Source: the human T2T-CHM13v2.0 reference genome, Homo sapiens
Assembly (NCBI RefSeq): GCF_009914755.1
Contig: NC_060948.1
DNA length: 64,000 nucleotides
Direction: 5' to 3' (one strand)
Positions 15,501 through 31,018 of this stretch are shown here, one piece after another. The number at the start of each line of letters is the position of its first letter. Positions within the stretch are counted from its first letter, which is position 1. The notes beneath the pieces are model-generated. The model saw only the letters and a list, made by a program, of their open reading frames with translations, was not told the DNA's origin and made no database searches. The position numbers and the translations under genes were made by a program.

Positions 15501-18500
15501 TGGACTCGAATGGAATGGACTGCAATAGAAAGGATTCGAATGGAATGAAAAAGAATTGAATGGAATAGAACAGAATGGAATCAAATCGAATGAAATGGAA
15601 TGGAATAGAAAGGAATGGAATGAAATGGAATGGAAAGGATTCGAATGGAATGCAATCGAATGGAATGGAATCGAACGGAATGGAATAAAATGGAAGAAAA
15701 CTGGCAAGAAATGGAATCGAAATGAATGGAGTGTTATGGAACGGACTCAAAAGGAATTGAATGTAATAGAATGGAGTGGAGTGGACTCGAATATAATGGA
15801 CTGGAATGGAATGAAATCACATGGAATGGGAACGAATGGAATGGAATGGAAAGGAATGGAATCGAATGGAAAGGAATCGAATGGAAGGGAATGAAATTGA
15901 ATCAACAGGAATGGAAGGGAATAGAATAGACGGTAATGGAATGGACTCGAATAGAATGGACACGAATGCTCAAATTGAATGGACTCGAATGGAATGGAAA
16001 CGAAAGGAATGTCATCGAATGGAATTGAATCGATTGGAATGAAATCGCATAGAATGGAGTGGAATCAAATGGAATTGAATCGAAAGGAAAGGAAGCGAAT
16101 GGACTGAAATGAAATGGAATGGAATTGAATGGAAAGTAATGCAATGGAATAGAATGGAACGAAATTTCACGGAATGGAATCAAACTGAATGGAATCAAAT
16201 CAATGGAATCTAATCAAATGGAATGGAAAGGAATTGAATGGAGTAGATTGGATTGGATGGGATTGGAATGAAATGTACTGGAAAGGACTCGAATTTCATG
16301 AAACGGAATGGAATGAATTGGAACGGAATGGACTCGAATGAAATGGAATGTCATGGAATGGCATCAAATGGAATGGCATCAAATGGAATGGAATCGAATG
16401 CAATGGAATGCTATGGAATGGAATGGAATGCATTGGAATGGAATGTCCTCTAATGAAATGGATTCGAGTGGAATGGAATCGAATATAATGGAGTCGAATG
16501 AAATGGAATTGAAAGGAATGGGATCGAATACAATGGAATATACTGGAATGTAATGTAATGAACTCGAATGTAATTGACTGGAATGGAATGTACATGAATG
16601 GAATGTAATCGAATGGAAAGTAATCCAATGGAATAGAATCTAATGCAATAAAATCGACTCAGATAGAGTAGAATGTAATGGAATGGAGTGCAGTGCAATG
16701 GAATGGAATGGAATGGAATGCAATGGAATGGAATGGAATGGAATGGAATGGAATGGAATGGAATGGGATGGAATGGGATGGAATGGATAGTAATGGACTG
16801 GAGTGAAATGGACTGGAAAGGAATGGACTCAAATTGAAAGGGCTCGAAAGGAATGGAGTCAAATGGAATGGTCTGGAATGGAATGAACACGAATGTAATG
16901 CAATCCAATAGAATGGAATCGAATGGCATGGAATATAAAGAAATGGAATCGGAGAGAATGGAAACAAATGGAATGGAATTGAATGGAATGGAATTGAATG
17001 GAATGGGAACGAATGGAGTGAAATTGTATGCAGTAGAAGGGAATAGAATGGAATGCAAGCGAAAGGAAAGGAATGGATTGGAATGGAATGGAATTCATTG
17101 GAATGGAAGGGAATGTAGTGTAATGGACAGGCCTGGAATAAAGTGGAATGCTACGGTCTCGAATGGAATAAAAATGTATGGAATGGAATGCAATGAAAAG
17201 GAATCGAATGTCATAGAATATAATGGAATGCAACAAAATGGAATCCAAAATCATTGACTGGAAAGGCTGGGTGTCGAAAGGAATTGACTCCAATGGAATG
17301 GAATCGAATGGAATGGAAGTGAATAGAATCGAACTAAATCGAATGGAATGGAATTGATAGGAACGGAATGGAAAGGAATGCAATGATTTGGCATGGAATG
17401 GAATCGAATGGCATCGAATGGAATGGAATGGAATGCAATGGAATGGAATGTATTAGAATGTAATGAACTTTAATGGAATGTACTCGAATGGATTCGACTG
17501 GAATGGAATGTTCTGGAAGTGAATGGACTCCAATGGAATGGATTCAAAAGGAATGGAATCGTACGGAATGGAATCTAATGGAATGGAATTAAATGGAAAT
17601 GAATCAAATTGAATAGCACGGAATTGAATTGAATGGAATGGAATGCAATGGAATCTAACGAAACGGAAAGGAAAGGAATGCAATGGAATGGAATGGGCTG
17701 GAATGGAAAGGAATCGAAACGAATGGAATGGAATCGAACTGAAGAGACTGGAATGGAATGCACTGGAATGGAAGGGAGTGTAATGGAAGGTTCTCGAAAA
17801 AAATGGAATCGAATGGAATGGAATTGAATGGAACGGAATAGAGTCGAATGGAATTGAATGGGATGGAATGGACTAGAGTGAAATGGAATCGAACCACAAG
17901 GAATGGACAGGAATAGAATGGTCTCGAATTGAATGGAATCGTATGGAATGGCATCAAACGGAATGGAATGGACAGCCACGGAATGGAATGCACTCGAATG
18001 CAATGGAGTCGAAACTAATGGACTGGAATAGAATGGACTCGACTGGTACGGACTCCAATGGAATGGAATCGAATGGAAGGGAATCGAACGGAATGGACTC
18101 GAAGGGACAAGACTGCAATGGAAAGGTCTCGAATGGAATGGAAATTAATGGAATGGAATGGAATCGAATGAAATGGAGTCAAAAGGAATGGAATCGAATG
18201 GCAAGAAATCGAATGTAATGGAATCGCAAGGAATTGATGTGAACGGAACGGAATGGAATGGAATCCAAAGGAATGGAATAGAATGGAATGGAATCGAATG
18301 GAAAGGACTCGAATGGAAATCACTCGAATAGAATGCAATTTAATAAAATAGGATCAAATGTAATGGAATGGAATGGAAAGGAATCGAAACGAAAGGAATG
18401 GAGACAGATGGAATGGAATGGAACAGAGAGCAATGGTATAGAATGGAATGGAATCATCTGGAATGGAATTGAATGGAATGGAATAATATGAAATGGAATG

Positions 18501-21500
18501 GAATGGAATGGAATGGAATGCCCTTGAATTAAATGGACTGGAATGGAATGGACTCGAACAGAGTGGAATGGAAAGTGTTGAGATAGAATGGAATGGACTC
18601 CTTTGGAATGGTCTAGTATGCAATGCAATCGACTGGTAGGGAATCAAAAGGAATGTAATCGAATGGATTGGACTGGAATGCAATGGACTCGAATAGATTG
18701 GAAACGGAATGCAAAGGAATGGAATGGAATAGTATGGAATGGAATGGAAAGGAATGGAGTGGAATAGACTAGAGTGGAATGGAATGGACTGGAAAGCAAT
18801 GGACTGGAATGGAACTTTCTTGAATGGACTGGAATCAAACGGAATGGAATGCAATGCAATCAAATGGCATGGAATAAAATAGAATGAAAGAGAATCAAAT
18901 GGAATTGAATCGAATGGAATCGAATGGATTGGAAAGGAATAGAATGGAATGGAATGGAATGGACTCAAATGGAATGGACTAGAATGGAATGGATTCGAAT
19001 GGAAGGCAAAGGAATGGAATCTATTGGAATGGACTGTAATGGAATGGAATGGAAGGGATTGGAATGGACTCGAATGGAATGGACTGCAATAGAAAGGATT
19101 CGAATGGAATGAAAAAGAATTGAATGGAATAGAACAGAATGGAATCAAATCGAATGAAATGGAATGGAATAGAAAGGAATGGAATGAAATGGAATGGAAA
19201 GGATTCGAATGGAATGCAATCGAATGGAATGGAATCGAACGGAATGGAATAAAATGGAAGAAAACTGGCAAGAAATGGAATCGAAATGAATGGAGTGTTA
19301 TGGAACGGACTCAAAAGGAATTGAATGTAATAGAATGGAGTGGAGTGGACTCGAATATAATGGACTGGAATGGAATGAAATCACATGGAATGGGAACGAA
19401 TGGAATGGAATGGAAAGGAATGGAATCGAATGGAAAGGAATCGAATGGAAGGGAATGAAATTGAATCAACAGGAATGGAAGGGAATAGAATAGACGGTAA
19501 TGGAATGGACTCGAATAGAATGGACACGAATGCTCAAATTGAATGGACTCGAATGGAATGGAAACGAAAGGAATGTCATCGAATGGAATTGAATCGATTG
19601 GAATGAAATCGCATAGAATGGAGTGGAATCAAATGGAATTGAATCGAAAGGAAAGGAAGCGAATGGACTGAAATGAAATGGAATGGAATTGAATGGAAAG
19701 TAATGCAATGGAATAGAATGGAACGAAATTTCACGGAATGGAATCAAACTGAATGGAATCAAATCAATGGAATCCAATCAAATGGAATGGAGTAGATTGG
19801 ATTGGATGGGATTGGAATGAAATGTACTGGAAAGGACTCGAATTTCATGAAACGGAATGGAATGAATTGGAACGGAATGGACTCGAATGGAATGGAATGT
19901 CATAGAATGGCATCAAATGGATTGGCATCAAATGGAATGGAATCGAATGCAATGGAATGCTATGGAATGGAATGGAATGCATTGGAATGGAATGTCCTCT
20001 AATGGAATGGATTCGAGTGGAATGGAATCGAATATAATGGAGTCGAATGAAATGGAATTGAAAGGAATGGGATCGAATACAATGGAATATACTGGAATGT
20101 AATGTAATGAACTCGAATGTAATTGACTGGAATGGAATGTACATGAATGGAATGTAATCGAATGGAAAGTAATCCAATGGAATAGAATCTAATGCAATAA
20201 AATCGACTCAGATAGAGTAGAATGTAATGGAATGGAGTGCAGTGCAATGGAATGGAATGGAATGGAATGCAATGGAATGGAATGGAATGGAATGGAATGG
20301 AATGGAATGGAATGGTGTGGAATGGATAGTAATGGACTGGAGTGAAATGGACTGGAAAGGAATGGACTCAAATTGAATGGGCTCGAAAGGAATGGAGTCA
20401 AATGGAATGGTCTGGAATGGAATGAACACGAATGTAATGCAATCCAATAGAATGGAATCGAATGGCATGGAATATAAAGAAATGGAATCGAAGAGAATGG
20501 AAACAAATGGATTGGAATTGAGTGGAATGGAATTGAATGGAATGGGAACGAATGGAGTGAAATTGTATGCAGTAGAAGAGAATAGAATGGAATGCAGGCG
20601 AAAGGAAAGGAATGGATTGGAATGGAATGGAATTCATTGGAATGGAAGGGAATGTAGTGTAATGGACAGGCCTGGAATAAAGTGGAATGCTACGGTCTCG
20701 AATGGAATAAAAATGTATGGAATGGAATGCAATGAAACGGAATCGAATGTCATAGAATGTAATGGAATGCAAAAAAATGGACTCCAAAATCATTGACTGG
20801 AAAGGCTGGGTGTCGAAAGGAATTGACTCCAATGGAATGGAATCGAATGGAATGGAAGTGAATAGAATCGAACTAAATCGAATGGAATGGAATTGATAGG
20901 AACGGAATGGAAAGGAATGCAATGATTTGGCATGGAATGGAATCGAATGGCATCGAATGGAATGGAATGGAATGCAATGGAATGGAATGTATTAGAATGT
21001 AATGAACTTTAATGGAATGTACTCGAATGGATTCGACTGGAATGGAATGTTCTGGAAGTGAATGGACTCCAATGGAATGGATTCAAAAGGAATGGAATCG
21101 TACGGAATGGAATCTAATGGAATGGAATTAAATGGAAATGAATCAAATTGAATAGCACGGAATTGAATTGAATGGAATCGAATGCAATGGAATCTAATGA
21201 AACGGAAAGGAAAGGAATGGAATGGAATGGAATGGGCTGGAATGGAAAGGAATCGAAACGAATGGAATGGAATCGAACTGAAGAGACTGGAACGGAATGC
21301 ACTGGAATGGAAGGGAGTGTAATGGAAGGTTCTCGAAAAAAATGGAATCGAATGGAATGGAATTGAATGGAACGGAATAGAGTCGAATGGAATTGAATGG
21401 AATGGAATGGACTAGAGTGAAATGGAATCGAACCACAAGGAATGGACAGGAATAGAATGGTCTCGAATTGAATGGAATCGTATGGAATGGCATCAAACGG

Positions 21501-24500
21501 AATGGAATGGACAGCCACGGAATGGAATGCACTCGAATGCAATGGAGTCGAAACTAATGGACTGGAATAGAATGGACTCGACTGGTACGGACTCCAATGG
21601 AATGGAATCGAATGGAAGGGAATCGAACGGAATGGACTCGAAGGGACAAGACTGCAAAGGAAAGGTCTCGAATGGAATGGAAATTAATGGAATGGAATGG
21701 AATCGAATGAAATGGAGTCAAAAGGAATGGAATCGAATGGCAAGAAATCGAATGTAATGGAATCACAAGGAATTGATGTGAACGGAACGGAATGGAATGG
21801 AATCCAAAGGAATGGAATAGAATGGAATGGAATCGAATGGAAAGGACTCGAATGGAAATCACTCGAATAGAATGCAATTTAATAAAATAGGATCAAATGT
21901 AATGGAATGGAATGGAAAGGAATCGAAACGAAAGGAATGGAGACAGATGGAATGGAATGGAACAGAGAGCAATGGTATAGAATGGAATGGAATCATCTGG
22001 AATGGAATTGAATGGAATGGAATAATATGAAATGGAATGGAATGGAATGGAATGGAATGCCCTTGAATTAAATGGACTGGAATGGAATGGACTCGAACAG
22101 AGTGGAATGGAAAGTGTTGAGATAGAATGGAATGGACTCCTTTGGAATGGTCTAGTATGCAATGCAATCGACTGGTAGGGAATCAAAAGGAATGTAATCG
22201 AATGGATTGGACTGGAATGCAATGGACTCGAATAGATTGGAAACGGAATGCAAAGGAATGGAATGGAATAGTATGGAATGGAATGGAAAGGAATGGAGTG
22301 GAATAGACTAGAGTGGAATGGAATGGACCGGAAAGCAATGGACTGGAATGGAACTTTCTTGAATGGACTGGAATCAAACGGAATGGAATGCAATGCAATC
22401 AAATGGCATGGAATAAAATAGAATGAAAGAGAATCAAATGGAATTGAATCGAATGGAATCGAATGGATTGGAAAGGAATAGAATGGAATGGAATGGAATT
22501 GACTCAAATGGAATGGACTAGAATGGAATGGATTCGAATGGAAGGCAAAGGAATGGAATCTATTGGAATGGACTGTAATGGAATGGAATGGAAGGGATTG
22601 GAATGGACTCGAATGGAATGGACTGCAATAGAAAGGATTCGAATGGAATGAAAAAGAATTGAATGGAATAGAACAGAATGGAATCAAATCGAATGAAATG
22701 GAATGGAATAGAAAGGAATGGAATGAAATGGAATGGAAAGGATTCGAATGGAATGCAATCGAATGGAATGGAATCGAACGGAATGGAATAAAATGGAAGA
22801 AAACTGGCAAGAAATGGAATCGAAATGAATGGAGTGTTATGGAACGGACTCAAAAGGAATTGAATGTAATAGAATGGAGTGGAGTGGACTCGAATATAAT
22901 GGACTGGAATGGAATGAAATCACATGGAATGGGAACGAATGGAATGGAATGGAAAGGAATGGAATCGAATGGAAAGGAATCGAATGGAAGGGAATGAAAT
23001 TGAATCAACAGGAATGGAAGGGAATAGAATAGACGGTAATGGAATGGACTCGAATAGAATGGACACGAATGCTCAAATTGAATGGACTCGAATGGAATGG
23101 AAACGAAAGGAATGTCATCGAATGGAATTGAATCGATTGGAATGAAATCGCATAGAATGGAGTGGAATCAAATGGAATTGAATCGAAAGGAAAGGAAGCG
23201 AATGGACTGAAATGAAATGGAATGGAATTGAATGGAAAGTAATGCAATGGAATAGAATGGAACGAAATTTCACGGAATGGAATCAAACTGAATGGAATCA
23301 AATCAATGGAATCTAATCAAATGGAATGGAAAGGAATTGAATGGAGTAGATTGGATTGGATGGGATTGGAATGAAATGTACTGGAAAGGACTCGAATTTC
23401 ATGAAACGGAATGGAATGAATTGGAACGGAATGGACTCGAATGAAATGGAATGTCATGGAATGGCATCAAATGGAATGGCATCAAATGGAATGGAATCGA
23501 ATGCAATGGAATGCTATGGAATGGAATGGAATGAATTGGAATGGAATGTCCTCTAATGAAATGGATTCGAGTGGAATGGAATCGAATATAATGGAGTCGA
23601 ACGAAATGGAATTGAAAGGAATGGGATCGAATAGAATGGAATATACTGAAATGTAATGTAATGAACTCGAATGTAATTGACTGGAATGGAATGTACATGA
23701 ATGGAATGTAATCGAATGGAAAGTAATCCAATGGAATAGAATCTAATGCAATAAAACCGACTCAGATAGAGTAGAATGTAATGGAATGGAGTGCAGTGCA
23801 ATGGAATGGAATGGAATTGAATGCAATGGAATGGAATGGAATGGAATGGAATGGAATGGAATGGAATGGGATGGAATGGTATGGAATGGATAGTAATGGA
23901 CTGGAGTGAAATGGACTGGAAAGGAATGGACTCAAATTGAAAGGGCTCGAAAGGAATGGAGTCAAATGGAATGGTCTGGAATGGAATGAACACGAGTGTA
24001 ATGCAATCCAATAGAATGGAAACGAATGACATGGAATATAAAGAAATGGAATCGAAGAGAATGGAAACAAATGGAATGGAATTGAATGGAATGGAATTGA
24101 ATGGAATGGGAACGAATGGAGTGAAATTGTATGCAGTAGAAGGGAATAGAATGGAATGCAAGTGAAAGGAAAGGAATGGATTGGAATGGAATGGAATTCA
24201 TTGGAATGGAAGGGAATGTAGTGTAATGGACAGGCCTGGAATAAAGTGGAATGCTACGGTCTCGAATGGAATAAAAATGTATGGAATGGAATGCAATGAA
24301 ACGGAATCGAATGTCATAGAATGTAATGGAATGCAACAAAATGGAATCCAAAATCATTGACTGGAAAGGCTGGGTGTCGAAAGGAATTGACTCCAATGGA
24401 ATGGAATCGAATGGAATGGAAGTGAATAGAATCGAACTAAATCGAATGGAATGGAATTGATAGGAACGGAATGGAAAGGAATGCAATGATTTGGCATGGA

Positions 24501-27500
24501 ATGGAATCGAATGGCATCGAATGGAATGGAATGGAATGCAATGGAATGGAATGTATTAGAATGTAATGAACTTTAATGGAATGTACTCGAATGGATTCGA
24601 CTGGAATGGAATGTTCTGGAAGTGAATGGACTCCAATGGAATGGATTCAAAAGGAATGGAATCGTACGGAATGGAATCTAATGGAATGGAATTAAATGGA
24701 AATGAATCAAATTGAATAGCATGGAATTGAATTGAATGGAATCGAATGCAATGGAATCTAATGAAACGGAAAGGAAAGGAATGCAATGGAATGGAATGGG
24801 CTGGAATGGAAAGGAATCGAAACGAATGGAATGGAATCGAACTGAAGAGACTGGAATGGAATGCACTGGAATGGAAGGGAGTGTAATGGAAGGTTCTCGA
24901 AAAAAATGGAATCGAATGGAATGGAATTGAATGGAACGGAATAGAGTCGAATGGAATTGAATGGAATGGAATGGACTAGAGTGAAATGGAATCGAACCAC
25001 AAGGAATGGAGAGGAATAGAATGGTCTCGAATTGAATGGAATCGTATGGAATGGCATCAAACGGAATGGAATGGACAGCCACGGAATGGAATGCACTCGA
25101 ATGCAATGGAGTCGAAACTAATGGACTGGAATAGAATGGACTCGACTGGTACGGACTCCAATGGAAGGGAAAAGAATGGAAGGGAATCGAACGGAATGGA
25201 CTCGAAGGGAAAAGACTGCAATGGAAAGGTCTCGAATGGAATGGAAATTAATGGAATGGAATGGAATCGAATGAAATGGAGTCAAAAGGAATGGAATCGA
25301 ATGGCAAGAAATCGAATGTAATGGAATCGCAAGGAATTGATGTGAACGGAACGGAATGGAATGGAATCCAAAGGAATGGAATAGAATGGAATGGAATCGA
25401 ATGGAAAGGACTCGAATGGAAATCACTGGAATAGAATGCAATTTAATAATATAGGATCAAATGTAATGGAATGGAATGGAAAGGAATCGAAACGAAAGGA
25501 ATGGAGACAGATGGAATGGAATAGAACAGAGAGCAATGGTATAGAACGGAATGGAATCATCTGGAATGGAATTGAATGGAATGGAATAATATGAAATGGA
25601 ATGGAATGGAATGGAATGGAATGCCCTTGAATTAAATGGACTGGAATGGAATGGACTCGAACAGAGTGGAATGGAAAGTGTTGAGATAGAATGGAATGGA
25701 CTCGTTTGGAATGGTCTAGTATGCAATGCAATCGACTGGTAGGGAATCAAAAGGAATGTAATCGAATGGATTGGACTGGAATGCAATGGACTCGAATAGA
25801 TTGCAAACGGAATGCAAAGGAATGGAATGGAATAGTATGGAATGGAATGGAAAGGAATGGAGTGGAATAGACTAGAGTGGAATGGAATGGACTGGAAAGC
25901 AATGGACTGGAATGGAACTTTCTTGAATGGACTGGAATCAAACGGAATGGAATGCAATGCAATCAAATGGCATGGAATAAAATAGAATGAAAGAGAATCA
26001 AATGGAATTGAATCGAATGGAATCGAATGGATTGGAAAGGAATAGAATGGAATGGAATGGAATGGACTAGAATGGAATGGATTCGAATGGAAGGCAAAGG
26101 AATGGAATCTATTGGAATGGACTGTAATGGAATGGAATGGAAGGGATTGGAATGGACTCGAATGGAATGGACTGCAATAGAAAGGATTCGAATGGAATGA
26201 AAAAGAATTGAATGGAATAGAACAGAATGGAATCAAATCGAATGAAATGGAATGGAATAGAAAGGAATGGAATGAAATGGAATGGAAAGGATTCGAATGG
26301 AATGCAATCGAATGGAATGGAATCGCACGGAATGGAATAAAATGGAAGAAAACTGGCAAGAAATGGAATCGAAATGAATGGAGTGTTATGGAACGGACTC
26401 AAAAGGAATTGAATGTAATAGAATGGAGTGGAGTGGACTCGAATATAATGGACTGGAATGGAATGAAATCACATGGAATGGGAACGAATGGAATGGAATG
26501 GAAAGGAATGGAATCGAATGGAAAGGAATCGAATGGAAGGGAATGAAATTGAATCAACAGGAATGGAAGGGAATAGAATAGACGGTAATGGAATGGACTC
26601 GAATAGAATGGACACGAATGCTCAAATTGAATGGACTCGAATGGAATGGAAACGAAAGGAATGTCATCGAATGGAATTGAATCGATTGGAATGAAATCGC
26701 ATAGAATGGAGTGGAATCAAATGGAATTGAATCGAAAGGAAAGGAAGCGAATGGACTGAAATGAAATGGAATGGAATTGAATGGAAAGTAATGCAATGGA
26801 ATAGAATGGAACGAAATTTCACGGAATGGAATCAAACTGAATGGAATCAAATCAATGGTATCCAATCAAATGGAATGGAGTAGATTGGATTGGATGGGAT
26901 TGGAATGAAATGTACTGGAAAGGACTCGAATTTCATGAAACGGAATGGAATGAATTGGAACGGAATGGACTCGAATGGAATGGAATGTCATAGAATGGCA
27001 TCAAATGGAATGGCATCAAATGGAATGGAATCGAATGCAATGGAATGCTATGGAATGGAATGGAATGCATTGGAATGGAATGTCCTCTAATGGAATGGAT
27101 TCGAGTGGAATGGAATCGAATATAATGGAGTCGAATGAAATGGAATTGAAAGGAATGGGATCGAATACAATGGAATATACTGGAATGTAATGTAATGAAC
27201 TCGAATGTAATTGACTGGAATGGAATGTACATGAATGGAATGTAATCGAATGGAAAGTAATCCAATGGAATAGAATCATATATGATATATAATATATGTA
27301 TAATATTGTTTTACATCCTGCATCTTATGTTATATATATTGTATAAAATATAATAATTGATTATATATACTTTTATAACATAATTTACATAAAATATCAT
27401 AATATAATATATATTATATTATTTCATATTACATAATATATATTACATATCACCCAATATAAGTAACATACATAATATTATAATATAGATTATATTATGT

Positions 27501-27934
27501 TATATTAAATATCATATATATTATGTATCATATATTCTATAATATATATTATACATTATATAATATGTATGTTGTCTATTATGTGATATATATAACTATA
27601 CATATAATTATATTATTATACGTATAACTAGATAAACATGTAATTCTACATATTTTCATTTATAATATATAGAATTATATAATCATATATAATTATGTAT
27701 ATTCTATAAAAAATTATATCATTATATAAATTATAATATATAAAAATTATAATATGTACTACAAATATATATATTATATATCATATATGATATAGTACCT
27801 TTGTTATATATCATAATACATATAAATGTGTATTATGTTATCTATAATTATATAATTTCATATATAAGATGTATAATATGTGTCATATATTATATATGTT
27901 ATGTAATATATATACTATATATAAGATGACACAG

Positions 27935-27944
27935 GATAAATATT
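27935..27944 (+). repeat. Left target-site duplication of the AluY (GATAAATATT)
   Basis: The same 10-mer occurs at 28223-28232; uninterrupted units have a single copy (GACACAGGATAAATATTATATAC). Confidence 0.88.
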
Positions 27945-28237
<293 letters not shown>

Positions 28238-28315
28238 CTATGACATATAAAATATATGAGGTTATATGTTACATATAAGGCATAGCACATAACATGTAAT
28301 ATATATCATATATAA

Positions 28316-28606
<291 letters not shown>

Positions 28607-29180
28607 AGATCCACATTTTTTAAATGAAAAAAAATTTCAAAGGTACTCTGCTTGGTACAATAATCAAATGTATAAACTGAGGAATAAAACATAACCATGA
28701 AACCTACTTATAACTGCATATGGAAAATACAGAGGATAATTTTTTAAATAACATATTTTGAAAGCCTTAACTAGTAATTTGAAGAGTTGGCATTTGAAAG
28801 GCCAGTATGAATATACCTTCAAAGCAGCAACACAGGTTCCCCATGAGGAAAAGCAAACTCAGGGAAAATAAAACCACAAAGGTTCAATCTCTTCTGACCT
28901 TTGAAAGACACAGCACAGACAGTGGTCCTTAGGACGAAGAGCAGGAGACCCCTAATTCCGTCACCATGGCGATAGGGCATAAACATTGCTGGGTGAGGGC
29001 ACAATCCACATTGTGAGGTCCAACTGCTGCCAGGAAGACAGGTGTGCTTTTACATAGACCGAAAGGTCATTGAAGGCTCAGAGTTTTGTTTCAAGAACTG
29101 AATCCCAAGCCCACACGTTATTAGGCTGCGCTTCTTAAAACATGTTATGAGATGGGAAAAAGGGCACCCACAAACATACG
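28607..29180. repeat. HSATI-type moderately GC segment of DYZ2 unit (representative; follows each Alu fragment)
   Basis: ~570-bp complex sequence repeated at the unit period, between the Alu fragment and the AT-rich tract. Confidence 0.8.

Positions 29181-31018
<1,838 letters not shown>

Larger units (their letters stand above)
1..27277 (+). repeat. DYZ1: DYZ1 / human satellite 3 (HSat3) array, ~3.56-kb unit of degenerate (GGAAT)n pentamers, ~7.6 copies
   Basis: The pentamer periodicity GGAAT/CGAAT/GGACT is continuous. Diagnostic variants recur every 3539-3569 bp (ORF anchors 78, 3647, 7216, 10780, 14319, 17883, 21422, 24986). There is a single GGCC (HaeIII) site per unit at 2894, 6463, 10027, 13566, 17130, 20669 and 24233. 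The minus strand at that site reads CCTGTCCATTACACTACATTCCCTTCC, which I recognise as the start of the classic 3564-bp DYZ1 unit. Confidence 0.96.

Noticed and set aside
78-27279. Many ORFs of 60-318 aa (MEWNG... on +, FHSIP... on -)
   Set aside because: These are direct translations of the GGAAT/ATTCC pentamer, which has no stop codons. They overlap in all frames, are broken by 5-bp indels, and show no domain signature.
28819-29004. 61-aa ORF MCPHPAMF... and the overlapping 71-aa ORF recurring in DYZ2 units
   Set aside because: Conservation simply reflects tandem-unit identity. The ORFs are short, have no recognisable homology, and their variants are mostly non-synonymous.
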